The position numbers and the translations under genes were made by a program. This document shows, piece by piece, positions 40,952 through 50,318 of a stretch of DNA of 64,000 nt (position 1 is the stretch's first letter; every line of letters starts with the position of its first letter). Below the pieces are notes generated by a model, which saw only the letters and a program-made list of their open reading frames with translations, searched no databases and was not told the origin of the DNA. The DNA is from a virus, in the IMG/VR virus record IMGVR_UViG_3300035034_000851, positions 24,951-88,950 of that record; one strand, 5' to 3'.

Positions 40952-41321
40952 TGGAGGTGCTGGGAGTCGAACCCAGGTCCAAAATGTTAATCATAAATAA
41001 ATTGTTACAAGTTTTGTTTTTGTTTGTATTCTTTAAACTAGAATATTAGGCTGTACTACTTAGTACAAGCTCCACCTTTAGCTTTACAGTTTTATCTCTG
41101 TTTTTGGTAATTTAGTTACCAGCTTAAATCAGCCATACTATGCTGCTATTTCTAGCTTAACAGTAGGGAACATCTGTAATACTCCTTGAGCATCAACAGT
41201 TGTATTTGATATTTGTTTGTCGTTTATGACTTGAAACATATTATTTAATGCATTGATAGTTTCATTTTTGCATACTTGTTCGTCTAATCATAGCCATTCT
41301 GTCAAAAGCCAGAACACCCCC
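40952..41321 (-). ncRNA. ssrA: tmRNA
   Basis: 5' GGGGGTGTTCTGGCTTTTGAC and 3' GACCTGGGTTCGACTCCCAGCACCTCCA with G3-U70. The internal tag ORF 41221-41138 ends in ...LEIAA*. Confidence 0.93.
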
Positions 41322-41343
41322 ATATTGTTAAAGAGTTTAAAAA

Positions 41344-41420
41344 AATAAACAACTGAAGTGCAGTTCAAATGTTTTTACCCAATTATATTCAGTAATACAA
41401 ATTGGTTACAGTTGTTTATT
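41344..41420 (-). ncRNA. Candidate end-paired RNA next to tmRNA
   Basis: 12-bp terminal stem AATAAACAACTG/CAGTTGTTTATT plus an internal hairpin. Confidence 0.55.
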
Positions 41421-41524
41421 AGTATTGTTAAAGAGCTTCGTGTCCATCAGGATCATTACCTTCTGGATCAGGTACTAAATTACCAAATTCATCCCATTCA
41501 TTAGGGTCTATTTTTTTGTTTAAT

Positions 41525-42366
41525 TTATTCATTGTTTTTGTTATGTAAGTTTAAATCCCAATCAAAATCTTTTTCTTGAAAACTTTCTATATCTTCTTTT
41601 ACATTTTTAGCATAATCATCAACAGTAATGAATTCATCTTCACTAGTCTGTATAATCTGCCCATCTTCTTTAAGATCATTAAATTGCTTTATAATGTCTT
41701 TTAACTGTAAGTTTGTTAATCTTTTCATTTGATTGTTATTGTTAGATTGTTAGATTAATGAGATGCTATTTGTTCTGTCCAAATAACAGTAGCTTTAAAT
41801 ATTACTCCACAATCATTGCAAATTTTAGTTTTACCACTTGATGTAAAGTCTGATGTTGACAAATGTTGACATTTTACACTATTTTTATTTTTATCTACTA
41901 ATGATTTAGATTTGTTTGCTAATATTGCAAAATTATCTTCTTCAGTGTTAGTAATAGTATTGTCTTCTAGTAAATTTTTGTTTTGATTCATTTTAGTTTC
42001 TTGTTAGATTGTTAAAATTGTTAAAAAGCTATATAATAGTATGTGTGATAACTTAGAGAAATAGTGTTAGAATAGGCTTAGAGTGGTGGATGTTAACTCC
42101 TACCACTCTCTAAACTCTTACTATGACTCATTTTGTGGCATAAAACCATCATTCCACTTACCTTTGTACATATACTTAAAGCCTGTGGAATTAGTTACTA
42201 CCATTACGTCCCAACCTTGCACATCTTTAACTATTAATTCTATTGAAACTATATTTTCAAAGCTTGTACGAGGTTTAGAAAATATCATAGTGTTTAAACC
42301 TATATAATATTCTAATTGAATAGGAATTTGTGACTTTATGCCATCTATTTTGTTAATTATTTCCAT
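41525..42366 (-). CDS. Three small early proteins (41525-41728, 41755-41991, 42121-42366)
   Basis: ATG ORFs preceded by TAACAAT-rich leaders. Confidence 0.55.
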
Positions 42367-42457
42367 TTTATTTCTTTTAAATTGTTAATCTACCTGAGTT
42401 ATTATCAGTATTAATATTATAAACCAAATTATCATCATCATATCTTTATTTCTTTAG

Positions 42458-42498
42458 CTACTTATTAAGGAATCGAACCTTATCTAACCATTTAAGTA
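42458..42498 (-). ncRNA. Miniature tRNA-like RNA without an anticodon arm
   Basis: TACTTA-AATGGTTAGA-TAAGG-TTCGATT-CCTTA-A-TAAGTA-G. Confidence 0.55.
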
Positions 42499-42534
42499 TT
42501 TTTAATCTAATTCTTATTGCAATTTAAAGAGAAA

Positions 42535-42553
42535 AAGGGGCGTTAGCCCCCTT
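42535..42553 (-). terminator. Terminator after the first early gene
   Basis: GGGGC-gtta-GCCCC with a U-run on the - strand. Confidence 0.75.
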
Positions 42554-42557
42554 ATCT

Positions 42558-42938
42558 TTAGCCTTCATTGCCTGCAATAGCAGCATCAGCCATTAGCATT
42601 GCTTTAATGCTTTCTTGTTGCTTCTCATAACCACCAGCAGCTAGGACAGCTTTTCTGTCTTCACGCTCTTGCTCATTAACAGCAAGGTGAATAACTCTAT
42701 CATTGGCAGTTAGCCAGTTGACACGATGAAGCTTCTCATCATAGTCAATAGAATCACCTACCTCTAGTTTGTCATCAAATGTTGTGATCCATCCAACTGC
42801 TTTATCTTTCAGTTGAATTGTCTTGTCACCTCTCTTTACCACTCCTCCTACTTGAGCAACCTGTGCTGAGTGTAGAACAACTCCGTTTGTTTTAGCTGGA
42901 TCAGCAGTACTGACCTCTTTAACTATATATGTATGCAT
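42558..42938 (-). CDS. First gene of the leftward block, hypothetical
   Basis: 126-aa ORF, visibly GC-richer than its neighbours, with its own terminator. Confidence 0.7.
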   Translation of the reverse strand: MHTYIVKEVSTADPAKTNGVVLHSAQVAQVGGVVKRGDKTIQLKDKAVGWITTFDDKLEVGDSIDYDEKLHRVNWLTANDRVIHLAVNEQEREDRKAVLAAGGYEKQQESIKAMLMADAAIAGNEG

Positions 42939-43093
42939 TCTGTTTCTATGATATTACCCATTAGGGGGCTTTACCGTCAGATTTAAGATGGGGGGTTGTT
43001 GTTTTGGCTCCTCTAACCACCTGAACTCTTTCTAAATTTTTTTTTATAATTTTTTTTCTGAGTACTAAATTAGCATTTACGCTATATATGTAC

Positions 43094-43101
43094 TACCTTT
43101 G
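43094..43101 (+). promoter_or_regulatory. Bacteroidota -7 promoter element at the start of the rightward block
   Basis: TACCTTTG, 6 nt before an ATG at 43108. Confidence 0.7.
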
Positions 43102-43246
43102 TAGTAAATGAAAAATAAATTAGAATGGTGGGAAAAAATAAAGGTTAAAACTAATATTATAAAAACTAATATGGAGATGTTAGATGAAATACTTAAAGAC
43201 ACACCAGATGAAGAAGTACTAAAAAACTTAAAGTGGAAAAAATAAT

Positions 43247-43447
43247 ATGAAAAAAATACAAACAGAAATAAGCCTAGAAGAAATGGAAAGGTATAAAAGA
43301 AATCCTGAAAGATTTAAAGGAGAAGAAATAGAAGTATTAACTACTTGTTTAGAATTTAATGTAATGGTTCCAATAGGAATGAATTGCAATAATCCTAAAT
43401 GTGTTAATTGTAGGAACTTTGAAGAAGTAAATTATGCTAATAAATAA
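43247..43447 (+). CDS. Small Cys-rich protein
   Basis: C...CNNPKCVNC. Confidence 0.5.
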   Translation: MKKIQTEISLEEMERYKRNPERFKGEEIEVLTTCLEFNVMVPIGMNCNNPKCVNCRNFEEVNYANK

Positions 43448-43694
43448 TGTAAATGCAGAGTATGTAAATACTCCTGAAAGATTTAAATCTCAAAGAAAAG
43501 TTAATGATAAAATTGAAAAATTTTTATTAGAACAAGCACTTGAAATTGAAAAAAAAATAAAAGTAAAAAGTAATGATAAGTAAAAAAGAATTTTTTGAGA
43601 TATACCAAGAGTTTCCATTAAATGTTATACTAGATGATATGAGTGAAGATGAAATAGAAGCTTTATATAACAAAGTAAAAGATGAGTTTGAATA

Positions 43695-44132
43695 ATGGCA
43701 AATAAAAACAGAGACAAAGGGCATAGGTATGAAAGAATGTGGGCTAATGTGTTTAAAGACTTAGGTTGGGATAAATGTATTACTGCAAGGCAAGGTAGTA
43801 GGATAGCTGATGATTCAGGTATAGACCTTATAAACATACCTTATAATATGCAATTAAAATGTGGGTATCCTAGAGGCATTAACTATAAAGATATATTTGA
43901 TAAGATAGATGCTTGCAAAGAAAAGAACTTTACAGAAGATGATAGTATACAAAAATACCCTACTGTAATAGCACATAAGAAGACTTCTAAAACTAATGAA
44001 CACTTTGTTGTAATGAAGGCAGATGATTGGATAAAGCTAATACAGAGAGTAGAAGACATTAAAGAAAAAGATATTACATCTAATGTAAAGATATTAAATG
44101 ATTTAGAGAATATAATGAAAAAATATACATAA
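43695..44132 (+). CDS. Holliday junction resolvase (PD-(D/E)XK, Hjc-like)
   Basis: KGHRYER, DDSGID and QLK motifs. Confidence 0.8.
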   Translation: MANKNRDKGHRYERMWANVFKDLGWDKCITARQGSRIADDSGIDLINIPYNMQLKCGYPRGINYKDIFDKIDACKEKNFTEDDSIQKYPTVIAHKKTSKTNEHFVVMKADDWIKLIQRVEDIKEKDITSNVKILNDLENIMKKYT

Positions 44133-44170
44133 AACTTTAAAATAAATTAGGATATTAATAAAAATAGTTG

Positions 44171-44178
44171 TATATTTG
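44171..44178 (+). promoter_or_regulatory. Bacteroidota -7 promoter element
   Basis: TATATTTG directly upstream of a structured non-coding region. Confidence 0.65.
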
Positions 44179-44180
44179 TA

Positions 44181-44440
44181 GTGTATCATTCAGTTATGAA
44201 TACCACCTCTAGGTAACCAATAAGAGGTTAGAAGTTGGATTGTAGATTCAAATAGAATCAGAGTTTTCTCCAATAGATACACAAGGGTTAAAACGAGTTA
44301 GTAGTGTTGGATAGATTAGACACCATAAAGGTCTGGGGAGTTCACCCCATATTGTTATCCAGAGGCTCAATCACTGCTACTAACGAAGTTTAAACTTGAA
44401 ATAGCAACTAAGGTAAAACTTACAAGGGGAAAAGCTATGC
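44181..44440 (+). ncRNA. Candidate multi-domain ncRNA or structured leader (about 260 nt)
   Basis: GTGTATC/GATACAC and GTTAGTAG/CTACTAAC closing stems with nested hairpins; no ORF. Confidence 0.55.
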
Positions 44441-44474
44441 TTATTTCACAGTAAGTATAAAAGACAAAGAAATT

Positions 44475-45018
44475 ATGTATACACTCTTATTTATAAACTT
44501 ATTGTTATTGGTTCTATTAGAAGTTACTTTAGAAGTAATATATGGTGACAAACATGATCTAATATCAAATTTAAGGTTAACTGGTACTGTTATGATTGCT
44601 AGTATAATGGGACTATTAATAAATAGTTATTTAGGAGTTCCTATATACTTTTTTTTAAGAGTAGCTATATTTGATTTAGCTTTCTCAAAGATAAAAATGA
44701 AAGAATGGTTTTATTTAGGTAGTAATAAAACTGATTTAGAATTTAAAAAACTACCCGTAGCTGCTAATCTATTTGTTAGAATAACTTCTTTAATAATAGC
44801 AGTTACATTAACTTATATAACATACACATATGAATTTATTTAAAAATTACTCAGTACTTAGACCATTAAAAAGCTTATTTGCTATAACAGGTGCTATTAT
44901 ATCTTTTACTCTTATTAATGGATCAGGACTTAAAGTAGCATTATGTACAATAGTACTTACACTTTTAGGTTGGACTGCTGCACACTTCTATTACAGGAAA
45001 ACAGGATACAGTTCTTAA
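44475..45018 (+). CDS. Two membrane proteins (44475-44843, 44830-45018)
   Basis: Hydrophobic ORFs followed by a terminator. Confidence 0.6.
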
Positions 45019-45040
45019 AGAATCGCTTAGGACCATAATT

Positions 45041-45066
45041 AGGAGAGTTTACACTCTCCTTTTTTT
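45041..45066 (+). terminator. Rho-independent terminator
   Basis: AGGAGAG-tttaca-CTCTCCT followed by T6. Confidence 0.85.
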
Positions 45067-45130
45067 ATGCCTAATTTTATCTACACAAAAAAAATTATAA
45101 ATACTACTTGGTTGTTATGATAATTTGTCG

Positions 45131-45138
45131 TACCTTTG
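45131..45138 (+). promoter_or_regulatory. Bacteroidota -7 promoter element heading the late operon
   Basis: TACCTTTG just after a terminator, before ATG 45146. Confidence 0.75.
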
Positions 45139-45145
45139 TATTACA

Positions 45146-46922
45146 ATGAAGATAGAGATAAAAAAAGAAATTTTTGATTACATAGAAAGTGTTTCAAATT
45201 TAAATACAGTAGCGGATCACACTTATATTGAATACCCTTTTGGTTTTATTAAACACTATGGTGGTGCTATAAGTATGTATAAACTTGATGGTAGTCCTAT
45301 TGAAGGGGAGGAAGATGATATAAAAGTAATTTTAATATGATAGCTAGAAGAAGTAAAGAACTAAATTTAAAGCAATTTTACAAAGAATTTTTAAGACACA
45401 CCTCAAATAGTTTCCCAGCTCATAGAAGAATCACAGATATGGAGTTAGAGATCTTAACAGAGTTTTGGATACTAGAGGGTGACTTAATAAGAAAGGATAG
45501 ATTTTCTACTACAGCTAAAAGAGCAGTAAGAGAAGAATTTGGTTTTAAAAATTATTCTAACCTAGAAAATTATATTACTAAATTAATAGAAAAAGGTTAT
45601 TTAATAAAAGTTAATAAAAAGATTTCTATTAAACCTGCTATTAACTTAGCTAAAGATAAATTAAGAGATCATAAAAAAATTACACTAGTATATGAGTTCA
45701 ATATTGTATAATGGATCTAAAAGTATTAGCAGAAGAAAATAATGTATCAGAGTTCTTACTTAAAAATGTTTACAACCACTTCTTCAAATATATTAAAGAA
45801 GAAATGTCAAACAATGAAGGTAACACAATACATATACAAGAGCTTGGTAAAATAAAAGTTAATCCACGGATAATAAAACATATTATATCAGCACATATTA
45901 AAACAGCTAAAAGTTTAAAGAACAAAGGTAAAGATAATATTAAGATTAAAGAAAAAATTAAAATTCTTTGGAAAATTAGAAATAACACATGGAACACTAT
46001 AAAACATTAAACACATTAGTAGATGTCTGGAAAAAAGACAAAGAAGGGAATGAATATTGTGCTCATGAGAGTGTAACACTAAAAAAGAATTTTGATATAA
46101 GGTTTGTTTTCCCTGAAGAGGTACTAAAACAAGGGGGAAAACCTTATAAAACTAAATGCTTAATATATGATGACATTAGAAAAGAAAGTAGCTTAATAAA
46201 AATGAGTTTTAAAAAGCTAATAGAATTAAAAGAAAGTTTAACAATAGTAGTACCAATGGGATATAAAAGATAATGAAAAAAGTAAGAGTATTTGTAGAGG
46301 GCGTAACAGAAACGTTAGTCAGCACTCTACTAAATGGAATGACTGTAGAAACAGTGCAAGAGAGAGAACTAATAGATAGTTATTTAGTAGAATCAAATAA
46401 TTTATTAAGAGAATTTAATATAATTTATTCTACAAGGTTTAAGGAAGAATTAAGTGTTAATTTACCAGTATATCATAAGGGTTTACCTTTTGAAGAAGTA
46501 CTAGATGAGTTTATTCAGAAGTTAGATGAGTTTTACCCTTATGTAGAATCACTACCTGAATTAGCATCTATTGTAACTAATATGCTAAAATTAACTGCTT
46601 TAACTAAGTACAAATACGACAGATTATAATGAAAGGTATAACATTAACCAATATAAAAGATTTTGTTAGTGGTAATATTAGAATGTTTGGTGATAGATTT
46701 AATTTATTAGAAGAACATGTCAAAGAGCAGATTATATATAGAGACAAAATTTGTGCCAGTACTTGTGGTGTTGCAGGAAAGTGTGTTCAATGTGGATGCA
46801 GTTACCCTGGTAAGCTATATGTATATAAGAGCTGCAATGAAGGTAAGAGGTTTCCAGACATTATGGAGACAAAAGAATGGTTTAAGTTTAAAGAAGACAA
46901 TAACATAATAATTGAAGATTAA
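45146..46922 (+). CDS. Six small late-region proteins, including winged-helix-like (45337-45711), HU/IHF-like (45711-46010) and Zn-binding (46629-46922)
   Basis: TIHIQELGKIKV resembles HU; C..C....C..CGC cluster in the last; ORFs are coupled. Confidence 0.55.
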
Positions 46923-47370
46923 TATGAAAAACAAAACAACAAATGAGGATATGGCTACAGCCATGGTTAAAAAGACAGAAGAAGTTTATGTAATGGATGA
47001 GTACAAAGATAAAATTGGAAAAACCATTAAAGATTTACTAATAATTAAAAGATATGATATGCCAGATGAAGATGACAATGGATTGTTAGCTCCTGAATCA
47101 GGACTAATCACAGATTCAGAAGGTGTAGATAGAGAGGACAGCTACAAACCTATGTATCAAAACAAAGGTATAGTAATAGCAAAAGGACCACAATGTGTAG
47201 AAGTAGAAGTAGGGGATATTGTTCATTGGAGCTTAGATAATTATCCAAGAAGTACAATTTATTTTGATAAGACAGATTCTAGTGCATGGACTGATAACAA
47301 TAAAAAGTTTTCTCCCTATGTACTAACTTATGAGTCTTACGGAGTAGACTATGTAGAACCAGCAGAATAA
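46912..47370 (+). CDS. GroES-like co-chaperonin
   Basis: KGIVIAKGPQCVEVEVGDIV; immediately upstream of groEL. Confidence 0.7.
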   Translation: MKINMKNKTTNEDMATAMVKKTEEVYVMDEYKDKIGKTIKDLLIIKRYDMPDEDDNGLLAPESGLITDSEGVDREDSYKPMYQNKGIVIAKGPQCVEVEVGDIVHWSLDNYPRSTIYFDKTDSSAWTDNNKKFSPYVLTYESYGVDYVEPAE

Positions 47371-47372
47371 TT

Positions 47373-48893
47373 ATGGTTATATTTGGAAAAGAATTACAAG
47401 ATTCACTAAAAGACGGCGTTAACATTATATGTGACGCCGTAAAAGTGACGTTAGGACCTAAAGGTAGGAATGTAATTATATATAAAGAAGATGTTAATGG
47501 TAATCCTAAAGCTATTATAACAAAAGATGGTGTATCAGTAGCTAAAGAGATATGGTCTGAAGATGCAATAGAAAATATTGCTATTAGAGTTATACAAGAA
47601 GTAGCTACTAAATCAAATGACTTAGTAGGTGATGGAACAACTACAGCTACAGTAATAGCTCAATCTATTTACAATCTAGGTGCAGAAAGAATTGCTAATG
47701 GAGCAGATCCTTTAACAATTAAAAAAGAAATGGAGGATGATCTAGTTGTTATTATAGAATCCTTAAAAGAACAAACTTTAAAAGTAAACTCTAAGAATTT
47801 AATAGATATTTCTACTATTTCTTGTAATGGTGATGAAAAACTAGGAGAATTAATAGCAGGAGTATTTAATACTGTAGGAAAAAATGGTGTAGTAACTGTT
47901 GAAGAAGCTACTGGTATAGAAACAGAAGTAGAATTTGTAAAAGGTATGGAAATAGACAGAGGTTATGAGTCTATACACTTTTTAACTCCTGGAGCTGATT
48001 CAAAAGTAGTTGAATATGAAAATCCTTTAGTATATTGTACTAATTTACCTATGAAATCCTCTGCAGATGTATTACCTTTAATGCAACAAGCTATGGAAGC
48101 TAATAAACCTTTACTTATAGTTAACGCTAAAGTAACTGGTGAAGCTTTATCTTGGTTAGCACATAACAATGTTAATGGTAGGATTAAATGTTGTGTTATA
48201 ACTCCAGAAGGATATGCACAAGGTAGATTAGAAAGCTTAAAAGATATATGTGCTATTACAGGTGGAAGTGTTGTTACAGATACTTTAAAACCAACCGAAC
48301 CTTTTGGTACTATTGAAAAAGTAATTATATCTCAAAGAAAAACTACTTTTATAGGTAAAGAAAATAAAGCAGAAGACAGAATTCAAGGTCTATTAAACAT
48401 AAAAGATGAATTGCCTACTGAGTACGAACAAAGTAGAGTGGATGAAAGAATTGCTAAATTAAAAGGCAAAGTAGCTATTATAAAAGTAGGTGCTACCACA
48501 GAAATTGAATTAAAAGAAAAGAAAGACAGAGTAGATGATGCAGTCGCAGCAACTAGAGCAGCCTTAGAACAAGGTGTACTTCCAGGTGGAGGTGTTGCTT
48601 TATTAATAGCTGGACAACACTGTAAATTATTGTCTGTAGCAGCTAGTATACCTTTTAAACAAATATGCATTAATGCAAGTGTTCAAGAAAAAGATATATT
48701 AGTAATTGAAGAAGCAATACTAAATCATGATACTGATTCTATTTTTAATGCAAAGACTATGGAGATGGAGAAAAGGAGCAAAACTAAAATATTAGATCCT
48801 GCTAAAGTAACAATAATTGCAGTTGAAAATGCAGTTTCAGTTGTGGCTACTTTGCTTACAACTAAAGTAATGGTAAAAACTAAATATGTATAA
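47373..48893 (+). CDS. groEL: Chaperonin GroEL
   Basis: TLGPKGRNV, ITKDGVSVAKEI, GDGTTTA and KDRVDDA motifs. Confidence 0.97.
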   Translation: MVIFGKELQDSLKDGVNIICDAVKVTLGPKGRNVIIYKEDVNGNPKAIITKDGVSVAKEIWSEDAIENIAIRVIQEVATKSNDLVGDGTTTATVIAQSIYNLGAERIANGADPLTIKKEMEDDLVVIIESLKEQTLKVNSKNLIDISTISCNGDEKLGELIAGVFNTVGKNGVVTVEEATGIETEVEFVKGMEIDRGYESIHFLTPGADSKVVEYENPLVYCTNLPMKSSADVLPLMQQAMEANKPLLIVNAKVTGEALSWLAHNNVNGRIKCCVITPEGYAQGRLESLKDICAITGGSVVTDTLKPTEPFGTIEKVIISQRKTTFIGKENKAEDRIQGLLNIKDELPTEYEQSRVDERIAKLKGKVAIIKVGATTEIELKEKKDRVDDAVAATRAALEQGVLPGGGVALLIAGQHCKLLSVAASIPFKQICINASVQEKDILVIEEAILNHDTDSIFNAKTMEMEKRSKTKILDPAKVTIIAVENAVSVVATLLTTKVMVKTKYV

Positions 48894-49326
48894 ATTAAGT
48901 AAAAGATCTTTTGGCAATTTAAAAACTTGTCATGAAGATTTACAAAAAATATTTGCGTTAGCAATCCAGTTAACTCCTGTTGATTTTATTATCACAGAGG
49001 GGCACAGAAGCATTGCAAGGCAAAATGAGTTGTTTAAAAAAGGTGCATCTAAAATAGATGGATATAAAAAACTAGGTAAGCATAATCTTTCGCCTTCTAT
49101 GGCTGTGGACATATGTGCCTATGTGAAGGGAAATAAAAAATTGGCTTTTGACCCTGCACATTTAGCTGCTTTAGGAGGTTCTATTTTAGCATCAGCTACA
49201 ATATTATTGTCAGAAGGAGAAATAACACACCAAGTAAGGTGGGGAGCCAATTGGGATATGGACGGAGAGATATTAACAGATCAAAGATTTGATGATATGC
49301 CTCATTTTGAATTAAGAAAAGTATAA
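48886..49326 (+). CDS. Endolysin, peptidase M15 (L-Ala-D-Glu type)
   Basis: EGHRS..RQ, H......AVD, WGANW and DMPHFE motifs. Confidence 0.9.
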   Translation: MYKLSKRSFGNLKTCHEDLQKIFALAIQLTPVDFIITEGHRSIARQNELFKKGASKIDGYKKLGKHNLSPSMAVDICAYVKGNKKLAFDPAHLAALGGSILASATILLSEGEITHQVRWGANWDMDGEILTDQRFDDMPHFELRKV

Positions 49327-49778
49327 TGGGACCAATATTAACAGCAGCACTAAACCTTGTAAAAGGTAAAGGAGATGGGTCTTTAATTGAAAAAATTGGA
49401 GATGCCGTAGATAAAAATTTTACTTCTAAAAGAGAAATTGAAGAGAAGTACATGGAGATATTATTAGAAGAGAAAAAGCTTGAACAAGAATTAATGCTAG
49501 GTCAGATAAGTATTAATAAAGTTGAAGCATCGCACCCTTCTATATTTGTAGCAGGTTGGAGGCCAGCAATAGGCTGGGTATGTGCATCCGTTTTTGCAAT
49601 TAACTTTATATTTATACCTGTCTATTGTACTTTAGTAGAAACTCTAAGTCTAAATGCAGTATGTCCAGAAACTTTGGATATGAGCCAAATGATGCCAGTA
49701 GTATTAGGTATGTTAGGTATAGGAGGTATGAGAACTTATGAAAAATATAAAAAAGTAGATACACGAAATACTAAATAA
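49326..49778 (+). CDS. 3TM holin-like protein
   Basis: FVAGWRPAIGW...GMLGIGGMRTYEK. Confidence 0.85.
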   Translation: MGPILTAALNLVKGKGDGSLIEKIGDAVDKNFTSKREIEEKYMEILLEEKKLEQELMLGQISINKVEASHPSIFVAGWRPAIGWVCASVFAINFIFIPVYCTLVETLSLNAVCPETLDMSQMMPVVLGMLGIGGMRTYEKYKKVDTRNTK

Positions 49779-50318
49779 ATGAATATTTTTGATCTAATAA
49801 ATAATGAACCAATTATAACAATTGAAGGTTTACATATTCCTGAATTTACAGTTCTATGGAAATTAGACAAAAAAGCAGATAAATTAAAAGCTTCTGGTGC
49901 CATTAAATACGTGTATCATATGGCATCACCAGCTTCTATTTATGCAAAGTCTTCACCAGAAGATAGACCTCTTTTAGTTAGAGAAGATTGTATAGTTAAT
50001 GATTGGTTTCCTGAAAAAGAAATCCAATTAGCTATTGACAAAGTAAAAATTTTAGAAGAAACTGAAGCAATGAGATTTTTAGCTTCTGCTGAATATGCTC
50101 TTAAAAAATTAGAAGAGTTTAATTATTCTGTAGATTTTAAAGCTTTAGACGATAAAGGTAAACCTATTTATAACGTAAGAGATGTTGTAAATACTATTAA
50201 AGAAGCAGGTAAATTATTTGAATCATTAGATTCTTTAAAAGATCTTGTTACTAAACAAAAAGCTACTACAGCTAAAAGAAAAGGTAATGTAAAACCTTCA
50301 ACTATACTACATGACTAA
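49779..50318 (+). CDS. Conserved crAss-like protein upstream of TerL (possible small terminase)
   Basis: Position and helical character. Confidence 0.5.
   Translation: MNIFDLINNEPIITIEGLHIPEFTVLWKLDKKADKLKASGAIKYVYHMASPASIYAKSSPEDRPLLVREDCIVNDWFPEKEIQLAIDKVKILEETEAMRFLASAEYALKKLEEFNYSVDFKALDDKGKPIYNVRDVVNTIKEAGKLFESLDSLKDLVTKQKATTAKRKGNVKPSTILHD

Noticed and set aside
38520-41420. CRISPR array or repeat-spacer array
   Set aside because: The units share no direct repeat sequence; only inverted terminal pairing is present.
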